Positions 1-12,892 of a stretch of 64,000 nt of DNA are shown here, piece after piece. Origin of the DNA: Podarcis muralis (Eukaryota); the NCBI RefSeq assembly GCF_964188315.1, contig NC_135668.1:30194001-30258000 (forward strand). Direction: 5' to 3'. The position numbers and the translations under genes are program-made. The notes below the pieces were generated by a model. It saw nothing but the letters and a program-made list of their open reading frames with translations, searched no databases and was not told the DNA's origin. Each line of letters starts with the position of its first letter. Position 1 is the first letter of the stretch.

Positions 1-329
1 TCGGAATCCCAGGCCATCACACTGATCCCTCAAGAGGACCCTGTCCAGTCAGTCCCTGCTCACTCCTCCTCTGCAGACCAATAGGTTTCCCCATCCACAC
101 TACCATCACCACACCTGGATTAAGTTTCAGCTTGTTTGCTCTGGCCCATAGCACAACCGCCTCTTCCAGATGGCCTCTCTGGAACCAGGAAGTGGAAAAC
201 GGGGGCAGAGCAAGTTATATGCACACTGATGATGTTGCAGCCCAAACCTTAGTCACAAGTAACAATAGTTCCACTTTGCTCTGCCCTCAGACCACACCTG
301 GGGTTATGGAGGATATGCAGACTGGAGCA

Positions 330-640
330 GGTTCAGAAGAGAGCAAGAAACATGCTCTGAGATGTATAGGGAAGAAGCCCTATGAGGGCATGTTGAAGAG
401 ATTGAGCATGTTTAGGCTGGAAAACAAAATGGGTGGGGAACATGACTGCACTCCTCAGGGACCTGAAGGGCTGCTACACAGAAGAGGACAGAAATGCAGA
501 AAGGGGAGGTTTCGGTTTAACACTAGGAATAACTTCTTAAGAGAGCAGAGACAAAAGAACCACTGGCTCTGGAAGGGATCACTGGGTGGGTGAGCTCCTC
601 TCCCTCCATGTAAGTATTGGGTGGGCAACCACCTGCTGCA
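330..640 (+). mobile_element. Degenerate CR1 LINE 3' fragment
   Basis: Reads like a decayed CR1 ORF2 C-terminus and 3' region (e.g. PYEGMLKRLSMFRLE, ...ggtttaacactaggaataacttctt). Boundaries approximate. Confidence 0.6.
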
Positions 641-712
641 GGAGCTTCTAGTTCTGGTGTTCTCTAGATCAAGGAGTGGGTGGGAACACATGGCCAACAA
701 GACACCACCCCT

Positions 713-1361
713 TGTAATAAAAAAATTAAGATCTTTTATATATATATAATAAATGTACCAACCAAGCATGTACAATATGTGGACCACATATCTGGAGCAG
801 CACAGGAAGACCGCCCTGAAACCATTTTGACTCCCAAACTGACCAAATGTTTTCTCTGCAAAGAGGGAGAGGGTGAGGGAACCTTCCCATTGTCTCAGGA
901 ATTGGGAAATCACCATCTCAAAGGAATGGCCAGACTACCAGGAAAGTCAATCAGATAAGGCATTTTCAGATAACCTGGCAGACAGGAAAAACAACAACAT
1001 TCAAATTTCTGTTGTAGACCATCTTTTCTGTGATGTAGGTATGATGTTTGTGGGGGTTACACCCCTTCAGTGATGTATGTATGATGTATGGAGGGGAGGT
1101 CTTGAGCTCCAGGGCAGGGAATTTAAAATGTCTATATAAGGGCAGGCACACCTTGGTTCTGAGTCCTCCTCCTTTCCTGCGTGTGAGGGGAGCACCCTGT
1201 TGCAACAGTTCAATAAAGATCAGGCTTACTAGTTGATTTGCTTCTCTATATTCTCTGGTTGGCCTCTGTTATTTTCTCCTACCGATGGAGAACCTACAAA
1301 GGACTCTATAAGGACTCTTGTGTCCCCCATAAGGGAATAAGGGCAGATTTTGCTTATTACA
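713..1361 (+). mobile_element. Solo LTR, 649 bp
   Basis: Begins TGTAATAA and ends TTATTACA (8-bp inverted termini, TG..CA). Flanked by a 5-bp TSD CCCCT (708-712, 1362-1366). Internal TATATAA at 1133-1139 and AATAAA at 1212-1217 lie in U3-R-U5 order. Confidence 0.85.
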
Positions 1362-1749
1362 CCCCTCTGATTTTTCTAACACAGATCTTATTTCATTATT
1401 ATTATTATTTTTAAAAAGAAAGGTACTTTTGGGGTGGGTTAAAAACGTCTATTATTAATTGCACTTATTAGTGGCTTTATTTAAAGAAGTATCAAAGCGG
1501 TTTCACAATTTAATTTCATACTATTATTTAATAGCCTTGCAAATACAGAAGCAAAAAGTGCTCAAAGTTCTGCCCCGCCCCGCGCCCTCACGAAGGCTGG
1601 ACTGGTTGAGAGTGGCTCACGACACCCCTGCAGTGCAGGCCAAGATGAATAATAGCCTGGAGGGCGAAAGGGCCTCTTTCAGGAAAACGAAACGGGGGCA
1701 GGAAGCTGAAAAATGGGTCACAGGACGAGGGGAAGCGGGGGAGGAAGGA

Positions 1750-2084
1750 GAGGAACGCGCTGCTCAGCAAGACCGTTTTCCCCCGTGTGGAGGCGGAGCC
1801 ACACGGCCCCGCCCCCACCCCCACCCGCGCGTACGTAGAGCCAGGGGGGGGGGGGCGCTTAAGGAGCGTCGAACACGCTACGGCGGAAGCTCCTAGTCGG
1901 GGGTCAGGCGACAGCGGAAGTGACGCCTAAACTTGTGTGCTGACATGCGTAGTGGCGTCCTACCTGGCTTCCGATTCCGGTTTGTTCTGGACAGAGCTTC
2001 CGGCTAGAGCTTGGCGTCTGTGTTTGTGTGCCTGGTTCAGTGAGGGCTCCTTTCGCCAGACCCTGAGGAGGAGACACCGCCGCC
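1750..2084 (+). promoter_or_regulatory. MFAP1 CpG-island promoter and 5' UTR
   Basis: CpG-rich. Composite ETS/CRE motif CGGAAGTGACG at 1915-1925, GC boxes, and Kozak gccgccATG at 2085. Confidence 0.7.
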
Positions 2085-5000
2085 ATGTCGGGCTCCAGCA
2101 GCGCCCTCATGAAGCAGCCCCCGATCCAGTCGACGGCGGGGGCCGTCCCCGTCCGCAACGAGAAGGGTGAGGCGTCCTGGGGCGGGGAGCGGGACATGGG
2201 GGGAATCTTACGTATCCTGGACGATGGGGGGGGGGGGGGAGAGAGAAGCAGCTGAACCTGTGCTCTTCTCCCTCCTGGGGCAGGGGCTGCGAGGGGGGGC
2301 GCCCTGGGGCGGGGAGCGGGACATGGGGGGAATCTTACGTATCCTGGACGATGGGGGGGGGGGAGAGAAGCAGCTGAACCTGTGCTCTTCTCCCTCCTGG
2401 GGCAGGGGCTGCGAGGGGGGGGGCGCCCTGGGGCAGGCTCAGTTTCTCCCCTCCTGACTTCTCGCTCCACTTCCAGGGGAGATCTCGATGGAAAAGGTGA
2501 AAGTAAAACGTTACGTCTCGGGGAAGCGGCCAGATTATGCCCCCATGGAGTCCTCAGACGAGGAGGACGAGGAGTTCCAGTTCATCAAGAAGGCCAAGGA
2601 GCAGGAGCTGGAACCGGAGGAGCAAGAGGAAGAGCTCGCTAGCGACCCCCGTTTGCGCCGCCTGCAGAACCGCATCTCAGAGGATGTGGAGGAGAGGTGA
2701 GGGGCAGCAGAGGGTTGAGGGCAAAGTTGCTTGGGAGGTTGCGCTTGGCATGAAGTGGAAGAGGACAATCTGTGGGGGAAAGGCTGTGATCACTTGACAT
2801 AGGAGGGGTGTTTTGTGAGCTGAATGCCATTTTGTCACGTTAAAAGTGGGAGTTAGTGTAATTAGAGCTTTATTTGACTCATGAAGCACCTGTCCAAACA
2901 GTATTCTTGTGTCACATTCTATGTTGCTTTCCTTGATTTGCTTGTTTTATTTTCTTTGATCTTATGTTGTGAGTATTGCAATTATAAAAACCAGTAAAAA
3001 ATATTACAAAAAGGTGGGTGTCTGTGTTCTAGGCTGGCAAGGCATCGTAAGATTGTGGAACCAGAAGTGATAGGGGAGAGTGACTCAGAAGTGGAAGGAG
3101 AGGCCTGGCATGTGGAGAGAGAGGACACCAGTGAGGAGGAAGAGGAGGAGATTGATGATGAGGTATGAGCAGGCCTGAGGAGCCACATTTTCCAGATACC
3201 CAGTCTTGGGTTCTGAATCTTGGGTAGAAATGTGTGTAGTTGGCCTCCTTTATAATGTTTTTATTTTGAAATCTTTAAGATAATATATTAATTTCCTGTT
3301 AAAGCATTCCTATTTTTTTTATACAGTGGTGCCTCGCAAGATGAAAATAATCCGTTCCGCGAGTCTCTTTGTCTAGCGGTTTTTTCGTCTTGCGAAGCAA
3401 CCCGCTTAGCAGATTAGCGCTATTAGCGGTTTAGCGGCTATTAAAGGCTTAGCGGCTAAAAGGCTATTAGCGGCTTAGTGGCTATTAAAGGCTTAGCGGC
3501 TAAAAGGCTATTAGCGGCTTAGAAAAAGGGGGGGGGAGCGAAAAAAATCGCAAGACTTGCAAGACGGAAACGTCTTGCGAAGCAAGCCCATAGGGAAAAT
3601 CGTCTTGCGAAGCACATCGGAAAACCCGTTCGTCTAGCGGGTTTTTCGTCTTGCGAGGCATTCGTCTTGCGAGGCACCACTGTATATGACATTTATTCTG
3701 GATGTTCTAATGTAGGTTGTAAACCGCTTTTGTTATTTTTTTTTCCTTAAAAAATTATAAAGCAGTATAGAAGTGAAATGATGATGATGAAGTTTACAAG
3801 AGACTCCTTGCTCTTCAAGGATATGGACACTTTCCCCAGTTCTACTTGGTAGATGCTGATGGGGACCATTGGAACTTTCCCAGATATGAACATATGAAAA
3901 CTGCTTTAACTGTGTTGGCACATTGGTCTAGCTCAGTAGATCTACACTGACTGGCAGCACTTCTCCAGGGGTTTAGATAGGGGCCTCTCCCAGCCTTACT
4001 TGGAGATGTTGGGGATTGAACCTGGGACCTGCATTTATGCAGATGCTGTACCACTGAGCTCTTTTTTCTTGATAGGAAATTGAACGTCGCCGTTGCATGA
4101 TGCGGCAGCGTGCACAGGAACGTAAGAATGAGGAGCTGGAAGTCATGGAGGTGGAAGATGAGGGCCGTTCTGGAGAGGAGTCCGAATCAGAGTCCGAGTA
4201 TGAGGAGTACACAGATAGTGAGGATGAGACTGAGCCACGCCTGAAACCTGTCTTCATCCGCAAGCAAGTGCCATCAGTCCTGAGCAGGGAGGGGGGAGGC
4301 TGGTTTCTAAAGCACAGTTGGTAGTTAAGAGCCTTCCTGTCAGAGCTTCCCAGCTTGGGCTACTTTCAGAGTTTCCTTCTGTTGACAACACATAAATGCA
4401 AGTCTATGGGGTGGGTGGGGTGCTTCTTAGAAGGTTATGACAAGGGAGGCGATTGGTTCTAGTGAGCATACGGTTTGGCTTGGGGGGTGGTTTGAGTTCA
4501 TCTCCAATGTCTTCTGCAGGAAGGACAGAGTCACAGTCCAGGAGCGAGAGGCCGAAGCACTGAAACAGAAGGAACTGGAGCAGGAGGCCAAGCGAATGGC
4601 TGAGGAGAGGCGCAAGTACACCCTGAAGGTATTGTTAGGATAGGCAGGCATGTGGGTTTCAGGGTTAGAGGAGCCTGAGTACCCCAAGACACTCACTCTC
4701 TGTTAACTTACTGTAGATTGTTGAAGAAGAAACAAAGAAAGAGTTGGAGGAGAACAGGCGCTCCTTGGCAGCCCTCGATGCTCTGGACACCGATGATGAG
4801 AATGATGAGGAAGAGTATGAGGCCTGGAAAGTGCGGGAGTTGAAGCGCATCAAGCGGGACCGAGAAGAGCGTGAAGCGTAAGTGAAATGGGATGTGGCAC
4901 AGTCCTTTTGAGGAGGGAGAGGTCTTCTGGGTTGCTCCAGCCAGGAAGAAGAGGTTGCTCGGATGTGGGTTTGATCTTGCTGGTATCCATTCCCCAGCTG

Positions 5001-6043
5001 ACGGAGTCTTCTGCAGTGAGCAGAAAGTTGGGGAGTGGACATCAGTAATTGAAGTGGAATGGATTTAGATCCATCCAGACCTCTGGAGAGGGATGTTTAC
5101 AGAGATCTCCTGTGCAGAATCAAGTGTCTGGAGTGAAGGATATGTTCTGCTCCACACAGGTTAGAGAAAGAGAAGGCAGAAATTGAACGAGTGCGGAATC
5201 TGACTGAGGAGGAACGACGGGCTGAGCTCCGAGCCAACGGCAAGGTCATTACCAACAAGGCGGTGAAGGGCAAATACAAGTTCCTGCAGAAGTACTACCA
5301 TCGGGGGGCCTTCTTCATGGTGAGTTCCCAGTCAAAGCCTTGTCATTTGAATACACAGTAAGAACTCAATGCGCACTGGAAAGAAAAAGAGGCTGCTATC
5401 CAAGATATAGCCGCCATGGGGAGAGGGGGGCTGAATTCCATCACTTCTCTCAAGCAGTCCCTGAACAGTAGTGTTCTTTTCTATTTACGCTATACTATGC
5501 AGACCTTTACTCCCAAGGCCAGCCTAGGGATGCTTGGTAGAATAAGGGGAGAGAGGCTGCTGTGAGCAAACATGTCTCTACTTACCTTTGTTCTTTGTTC
5601 TCTAGGATGAAGATGAGGATGTATACAAGAGGGACTTCAGTGCTCCAACTCTGGAGGACCACTTTAACAAGACCATCTTACCCAAAGTCATGCAGGTACA
5701 TGAGAAGGAGGGGGTTCTGTTGTTTAGGCTTGGAGCCCCAACTAGCTTTGGCTTGCTGGTGTTGTATGCATGTGCCCCCTCCAACCAGAATTCCAGAAGG
5801 GTTGAAGTAAAGTGAATTCTCTTTGAAGCTTCTCCATTTCTTAAACTCTTTCCTCTGCAGGTGAAGAACTTTGGGCGCTCTGGACGAACAAAGTACACCC
5901 ACTTGGTAGACCAAGATACAACCTCTTTTGACTCTGCATGGGGGCAGGAGAGTGCACAAAACACCAAGTTCTTCAAGCAGAAGGCAGCTGGTGTGAGGGA
6001 TGTCTTTGAGAGACCCTCTGCCAAGAAGCGGAAGGTTACCTGA
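2085..6043 (+). CDS. MFAP1: Microfibrillar-associated protein 1 (spliceosomal B-complex factor), 440 aa, 9 coding exons
   Basis: join(2085..2166,2477..2696,3033..3162,4076..4263,4520..4628,4717..4877,5160..5319,5606..5695,5861..6043) = 1323 nt in frame. Near-identical to vertebrate MFAP1 ([19 protein letters not shown]...[14 protein letters not shown]...[10 protein letters not shown]). Intron 4 is GC-AG. ATTAAA at 6362-6367. Confidence 0.97.
2176..2434. repeat. Tandem duplication of a ~127-bp G-rich unit in MFAP1 intron 1
   Basis: Copies start at 2176 and 2303 (cctggggcggggagcgggacatggggggaatcttacgtatcc...). They differ essentially in poly-G and GA run lengths. Confidence 0.9.
3324..3682. 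mobile_element. Tc1/mariner (Tigger-like) MITE with an internal minisatellite, MFAP1 intron 3
   Basis: TIRs CAGTGGTGCCTCGCAAGA / TCTTGCGAGGCACCACTG and TA TSD (3322-23, 3683-84). Internal repeats gctattagcggcttagcggcta.. at ~3405-3520. Confidence 0.9.
3920..4060 (-). mobile_element. tRNA-derived SINE (related copies at ~19700-19865 -, ~27770-27900 -, ~59485-59560 +)
   Basis: The reverse complement has tRNA-like A/B boxes (agctcagtggta..., ggttcaatccc). Confidence 0.6.
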
Positions 6044-7318
6044 GTCATCAAGAATAATTTGGGGCACTGTTATAATCTTGCTGGATCAGTTTTGCCCTGT
6101 TTCTGTGGCATGGGACTATAGATTATCAAAGGCCTGGACCCACTTTTTCTGTCATCTTTGGATGGAGGATTTGACTCATAACCATAACCCGTTTTTAAGG
6201 AATTAGCACCAGCTCAGCAGGCTCATCGTTGCCCTTGAGGTATGCCAGCTCCCTCTACAGCCCTGTTTTTAGTTTTGGGAGGCATTTGCCAATTGTAAAT
6301 ATTTCTCGTTCTCTTTAGAGGCACTGTAGGGCGGGGGAGAGAAAAGCAAGGTGACACCTGTATTAAATGTATTTCTTACCAAGCTGCTGTTGTGGTAATG
6401 TTCTAACAAGTAGGGACCCTGTTGTGGCAGATGTGATGCTCTAATAAGATAGTCAGACCCACTTCTAGCAGAAAGGGGGCTTGGCAGTGCTGTGTGAGAA
6501 ACACATTTTGTAACCTCTCTGGCTTGTGGGCAGAATTAGGCCCCACACTCATAGGACATCAGGTGTGGGATGTAAAAGCTATGAAAGCACAAACAGGAGC
6601 TTCAAGTTCTTTGTAGGTACAGCTTCCCTTTGGTGCTGTTTGAATTGGCAACAACTGGATATGGCCCAGCACCCCAGTGTGCAAGATGTAAGTTTTTAAA
6701 TCATCTAGGTATAGTTTCCTGAAAGATTTCAAAACTGGCCTCCTGTTCCCACAAACCCGTTCATTTTTCTGAGTTCCATCTAAAGGATTGCCGATAGTAG
6801 CTTAGGAAAATTCCAGTACTGGTTGCCTCAAAAATAATGGCTATGGGGAATTAAGGGCCCACAGTATAGTTTACAATGCAACTCTGCCTACCCAAACTGG
6901 AAAGGGGGGGGGGGGAAGCTGCCCACTTGTTGATTTCTCTTCCTGTCTCCTGCGCGTCACTCCACTGTTTCTCCTTGTCTGGAAAAGAACACCCAAGGGC
7001 TTTAAAAGTCTGAATTTTAGATTGAATTTTGCAAGTTGTTGTTTTAATGGAACAAAAGGATCCCTTTTGTTTACCACCACTAGTCCTTCAGTCAGCTGAG
7101 AACCACCCTGGGATCTTTGGATGAAGGGCAGTATACAAATTTAACAAATGATGATGATAATAAACATCTTATAAACCACATTAACAGCAACTTCAAAAAA
7201 ATTGGTATATTTATTCCAGCAGCTTTAAAATATCATATGCAAAGAACCTGTGCAGAACAGGCCAAAGAGAGGCTATCTCCTTCCCTTGCTCCCCAAAAGT
7301 CCATCTAGCAGGTGGCCC

Positions 7319-10300
7319 TCAGTTGGTGAGGGTAATCAGTGCTTCCACCACGTTCCCCATGTGTTCTCGCAAGCTGCGTTCTGCTGCTGCCCTGGATATT
7401 TCCATCTCGTTCATCTGTAAGGAAAAGAAGAAGATTTTTCACCAAGAGGTGACAACTAAAATGGCCTGTAGTGACATCAGAAAGCAGCCCCTGTCAATGC
7501 TGAGCCATCACCCAAGCTGTCCAATCAACACTGTGCTAGACTCACAATCAACTCCAAATCTTCTTTCTTGATTGTGACTTTGGCCAGTTCTTTTTCCCTG
7601 AAACGGAAGGAAGGAAAGAGGAATTAGGACTCTCTTCTCCTGCTCCACTTTCTAGTAATGGAATGCAGACCTTACTGCCACTCCATCCCCACTCCAAGTA
7701 CTCTGGTAGGGCAGAATGGGAACTACACATAATAAAAACACAGCTCTGGCTTTCTGCAACCAAGCACAGCTCCCCCCATTAATGTCAAGTGCAGCAAAAC
7801 AAGCCTAACTCCTAAACAATTTTAGAATATGGAAATGTGTCCTTAAACAGCAGTTTAGCATGCAGACACCATTCCACTGTGGTGTGATGTTCATAAAAAC
7901 ACTGCTACCTCCAAGCTTGGTCATGGTTTTTAATGTTTTAATGCTGTAACCCACCCTAGGAACTTCAGGTGAAGGGTTGATAATAAATTAGCAATAATAG
8001 TATGCATGCACATCTGGCACTGAATTATGTTTACACATTGTGTGTCACCTCTACAGCTCTGGTTGAAGCAAACAAGTCTGCTCTCCCTTAGCAGGAGATG
8101 AAAACAGGGCACTCACCGCTCCTGCTTTGCTTTTTGCTCTCTGGATCTTCGATCTCCAATCACTGACATTGCCTAAACAAGAGAAAGCAAATTAAACATA
8201 CACCCTCAGACTTTAATATTAATAGCCAGACCAAAATCTTGTACCTTAAAGAGCAACCAGATTATCTCACAGTGGCGCTGTGGGTTAAACCACAGAGCCT
8301 AGGACTTGCCGATCAGAAGGTTGGCAGTTTGAATCCCCGTGACGGGGTGAGCTCCCGTTGTTCGGTCCCAGCTTCTGCCAACCTAGCAGTTCCAAAGCAC
8401 CTCAAAGTGCAAGTAGATAAATAGGTACCGCTCCGGCGGGAAGGTAAACGGCATTCCCGTGTGCTGCTCTGGTTCGCCAGAAGTGGCTTAGTCATGCTGG
8501 CCACATGACCCGGAAGCTGTACGCCGGCTCCCTCAGCCAATAAAGCGAGATGAGTGCTGCAACCCCAGAGTCAGCCGCGACTGGACCTTTACATTTTATG
8601 AGCTTTTATGTAACACCAAGTATAGAGAAAAAACAACCAGATGGCAGTGAAATTCAAAAAATGTAGTCAAATGGCAATGAAGTACAGTTTACTTAATTTA
8701 GTACACTTAACTGGGGTGACGGTAGGCCTGGATGATGTATCAATACAATGCCCGGGACTGGTTTGAGGGCTAGAGTGCAAAGGCGCCTTCACCTGGCAGT
8801 ATATCAATGTTTGGTTGGTGATACATTGCGATATTGAAAAGCTGATCTCTCCCAGCCCTAGATTATGGAGCCCAAATAATTCTAGGTAGCCAAAATCAAG
8901 CAGTCTATGAAAACTCCAATCTATTCTCTTCTAATTGGGATGGATGATGAGATTCAGTGCATGTCAATTCACAATGATACACTTTCGGGTAGAAGTTTGG
9001 CTGTGAACTACCCTGAAAATTAGGCTTCCTGTCACTGAACTGCTGCTGTTGAGGTATGTAAAGAGAAATTGGTGCAGGGAGTTTCTAAGCTCAATGTGCA
9101 CCTGAAAAAACACAAGTCTCATAATTATGCAAAAGTTCCCTGTGGGAGAAATTTCCACACCTAGACAATGTGGGTAATCTACAATGCAAATCTGAATTGT
9201 ATTTTTTTAATGTTGACTGCAAGGAATGTTAGGGAAAGGGGTTGAACCAGATGGTTCAGATAATGATTTGCTGATGCATCAATTCCTTTTACACATCACA
9301 AGTACTGTGATAAGGCAGTCACAAATACTGATTCACAAAGCACAGGAGGGCTACTTTTAATCATTTATATTAAAATATTTTTCAAACCAGCTTACAACAA
9401 GTAGTACAACAAAATACCAATTAAAAATAGTGTGAGAAGTATAAACAACAACAGCACTGAAACAAGCAAAAGAAACTTCAAAACAGCAGGGATCAATTCA
9501 AAAAGTCCTAGATTAAAATGACCATCCTTGAGAATGTTAAGGGAAAGGGTGTGGATCTCCCTAGGTAGAGAATTTCACAGCTGTGGCGCCACCATCAGGA
9601 AGCACAAGAGTTTCTCCTTGTTTCTCTTTGCAACAGCCTGATGCAATGGCAGCTGCTACATGGCAGATGCAGGAAGTAAGGCCGTTCCATCCTCTCTGGT
9701 AAGAGACCAGTGCCATTTACCGGTACCTCTTTCTCTCCATCCCAGCTGATCATTATGAGTACTACTATGTAGTACTGGTGACTACTTGTCTTCTTGCTTA
9801 ATTTTATTCCTATTTGCAATGTGCCTCTTAGACTGTAAACCTGCTGGCAAGGACATCCAACTGAACAACTGGGGCGGGGAGTCTCTTGTCTTAAACCTTG
9901 GGCTCACAGAAGTGAAAGCAACCCTTGAGAACAGAAGTAGGGGAAAACAATTTTCTCTGGTGGGCCAATTAAAAAAATGGCCACACATACCCCAGGGTCT
10001 GCCTACCTGTCAAGCACCTGATGCCATATGACATCGGGTGGATCTGAACCTGCCAGAAAACTGCCATGCCCTCTTACAGATGCGATGGAAGGAAAGGCCC
10101 GCACAAGACTGGCATGAGGCGTTTTGCTGTCTGAGGAGGCGAAACAATGGGCGCCCACCCAGAGCACCTCGGGAAGGCCAAATAGTTCCAGCCCCAAAGA
10201 CAAAGGACACCGCAAGCAAAAGTCCCCAAACCGGCAGTAAGAGAGAAATAGCAACAAGGTGGCAGGGCAGGCGATGCTTCACACGGGCGGTCCAGCCATG

Positions 10301-10646
10301 CTTGCAGGGGCCTCGGGCTGCCTCCACACATGCAGGGTTCCCCGTTCCCACGTACGGCGCTGGGGCTCCAAGGGGCGCTTCGAAAGCGGTCCAGTCCAAC
10401 CGGCTCCGCCCCGCCCGCGGTCACCATGACAACCAGAGCCCCCCAACGCGGCCAAACGCATGCGCTCATCACCGTTTCCAAGTTGGAGCTCTGGATCTCT
10501 TTCTCCTCCGCGTAGTCCGTGACGCGCTCGAGGTCGGCCGCTCCGCTGTCGTGCTTCCGCGGCTTCTCGGCTGGTCGCTCTCCGCTGCCTGCCGAGCCAT
10601 TGGGCTCCGCTTCTAACTCCAGCTCGACATCCCCTTCAGCCGCCAT
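7319..10646 (-). CDS. HYPK: Huntingtin-interacting protein K, 125 aa, 4 coding exons
   Basis: complement(join(7319..7414,7546..7597,8117..8172,10473..10646)) = 378 nt. MAAEGDVELELE...HDSGAADLERVTDYAEEKEI...SRAAAERSLREHMGNVVEALITLTN. All introns GT-AG. AATAAA on the minus strand at 7210-7215. Confidence 0.97.
8265..8595 (+). mobile_element. Sauria SINE in HYPK intron 1
   Basis: gtggcgctgtgggttaaaccacagagcctaggacttgccgatcagaagg...gctggccacatgacccggaagctg. Highly similar to the copies at 21277 and 57190. Confidence 0.9.
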
Positions 10647-10810
10647 CGCTCCGTCTGCCTTCCGCGCTCGTCACGTGGTAAGGCGCGCTTCCGGAAGCAG
10701 CGGAAAAAGGAGAAAGCTGCACTAATATAGAGATCAGCGCAAGATCCTAGAGCGCCGATGCAAGGCTCCACCATAGAGAGTGGAATGTAGATTGGCGAGC
10801 CAAACATCTG
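10647..10810 (-). promoter_or_regulatory. HYPK CpG-island promoter
   Basis: ETS sites (ttccggaag, cggaa), an E-box (tcacgtgg) and a CCAAT box (gattggcg) just upstream of the ATG. Confidence 0.6.
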
Positions 10811-11195
10811 CGGGTAGAGCTTCCAGGTTCATTTTGACCTTCTTGCTCCCACCCCAATAGCTGTTCAGAGAAAGCACTATAGAAACCTAGCAGTTATAAA
10901 TAAGTGTGGTGGGCGGAGGACAGAAAACTGAACCAGAGCAACAAAAGCAAAGGGCTCTACTCCTTTGGAGTTCTCATAGGAAAAATGTGGCTTTCACAAG
11001 ATTTTCAAACATTAAAAAGTACCATGTCAATGCAGCCCATTGTCTCTTTATTGGGTGGGGAACCGTGGCTGAGAAAGCTACTGAATGACATTCCTGCAGT
11101 GTAGACTACTGCAATGTATGCTGTACAATAGAGATGGAGGCAGATTGCAGATATTGAACAACAACCCTGCAAGGTAGCTCAGAATTATTTGTTCA

Positions 11196-11196
<1 letters not shown>

Positions 11197-11240
<44 letters not shown>

Positions 11241-11256
11241 TATCATTATTATTATT
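11197..11256. repeat. (TTA)n microsatellite
   Basis: About 20 near-perfect TTA units. Confidence 0.95.
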
Positions 11257-12199
11257 CAGTCTCTTGGCAGGTTTTATTTAAAGAAAATGCGGATTGAGTG
11301 ACTGTGGAGTTGATCACAGGAATGGCCCAAAGGGAAGAGGTGAATCACTGTTTCCACATTTTTGCAACAAAATTCTTCCCACTTCCTATATTTTATCTTG
11401 CATCGAGAAAGCAACTGTGAGAGTGATTTTGATAGCAAAACAGGGCTAGAGAGAAAGCCTTCACCCCTGGCTCCCCTGGGATCATGTTTGCAAATCTTCT
11501 CTGACTTTGTCTCCTTAAACAAACATGTGCTTTCTTTGATCACTGTATTACTAACTGCTTCCCCCTTTGCACCTTGTTTTCCCCCCACCCCAATGTCCCC
11601 TGAGATTGGAGGATAGGTCAAGCTAGTTCATTGACCCTCCTCCTCGCAGCCCAAATCCAGAAGCCAACTGTATGCCATTCATCCAATGGACAGTCACTTT
11701 TAGATGCTTACAAACTAAAGCTAAAATAAACAGCACCCCATTTACTGGAAACAAGACTGAAAGAGCAGACAAGCCTCCATTTTCTGGGAAGGGGACACAA
11801 ACACTGCTGCCCAGTCCCAGCTATGATAAAAGCCTGGCTTTTTGTATTTCTGCTCACATTTTTGTCCAGGGGCCCCCAAAAGAAACAGTCAGCCTTCAAC
11901 CCTGAAACTGAACAACCTGCATCAGTCTAAATGTTAGGGACAGGTATTTCTATACACCAGTTATGGCAGGCGACAGGCATGGAGATAAGCTCCCACAGAC
12001 TGCCAAACACAACGTTAAGAAAAAGCAACAAAGCGTCTTGTGCCACCTTAAAAATTAACCAATGTAAACCTTTGTGGAGCTACAGGTCATGTCATCAGTG
12101 TTGTCCTGAGTTATCCTGGAAGGGCAAGCATGTGGGTGGAATTGTAAACCGTGAGGTCAAAAGGAAAAGCAGAAAAGTACAAATGGTGGACCTCTTGTG

Positions 12200-12620
12200 G
12201 ATGTGGACTGGATGTGTCCATCTAGTCTAGAATCCTGTTCTCACAGTGACCAACCAGATGTCCCTATAGGAAGCCTACAAGCAGGACCAGAGTGCAATAA
12301 CAGCACGCTCCGCACTCGTGATTCCTATGAACTGGCATTCAGAGGCATATAAGAGAGTACAGGTAGAACACAACTATTGTGGCTAGTAGCCATTGGTAGC
12401 TTTTTCCTTCTTTAATTTATCTAATAATTTTATTTTAAAGCTATCCACATTGGTGGTCATCATTACATATTGTGGTAGCAAATATCTTCGTTAAACTCTC
12501 CTCGGTGTGAAGTGCTTCTCTTTGTCTCTCCTGAATCTCCCACCATCCAGTTCCATTGGACGGGCCCCAGTGAGCTCTTAGTATTATGAGAGAGGGAGAA
12601 AATATCTATCTGCTTTCTTC
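12200..12620 (-). mobile_element. CR1 LINE 3' fragment (similar pieces at ~52130-52300 and ~62270-62600)
   Basis: Shares ctagtc..cagcatcctgttctcacagtg and downstream CR1-type sequence with the other copies. Boundaries approximate. Confidence 0.55.
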
Positions 12621-12892
12621 ACAGGACAACAGGCCTGGAAAGAATAAGAGGCAGAGTGTGGGTAAGGCGGGATGTGCCTAATGTCACAGGGGCGGCGGTG
12701 TTTGTTAGGCGGAGGGAATTATTATGCCATGCAGAGAGCTCAGAGATGAGGCAGTTCATGGGGAAGGAAAGATGAGAGGGTGTGGCAGTGGCTGGGTGAG
12801 GACAGATCCCAGGGGAAAGCAGGCTGAGCCTTTCAGTGGACCTGGGGCCTCTCGGTAGCAAGTCGATGGGGAGGGCACAGGAAGGGAGTCAG

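Noticed and set aside
3775-3865. Possible C/D snoRNA in MFAP1 intron 3 (ATGATGA ... CTGA)
   Set aside because: The C box is part of an (ATG)n run, there is no terminal stem, and no rRNA antisense element was recognised.
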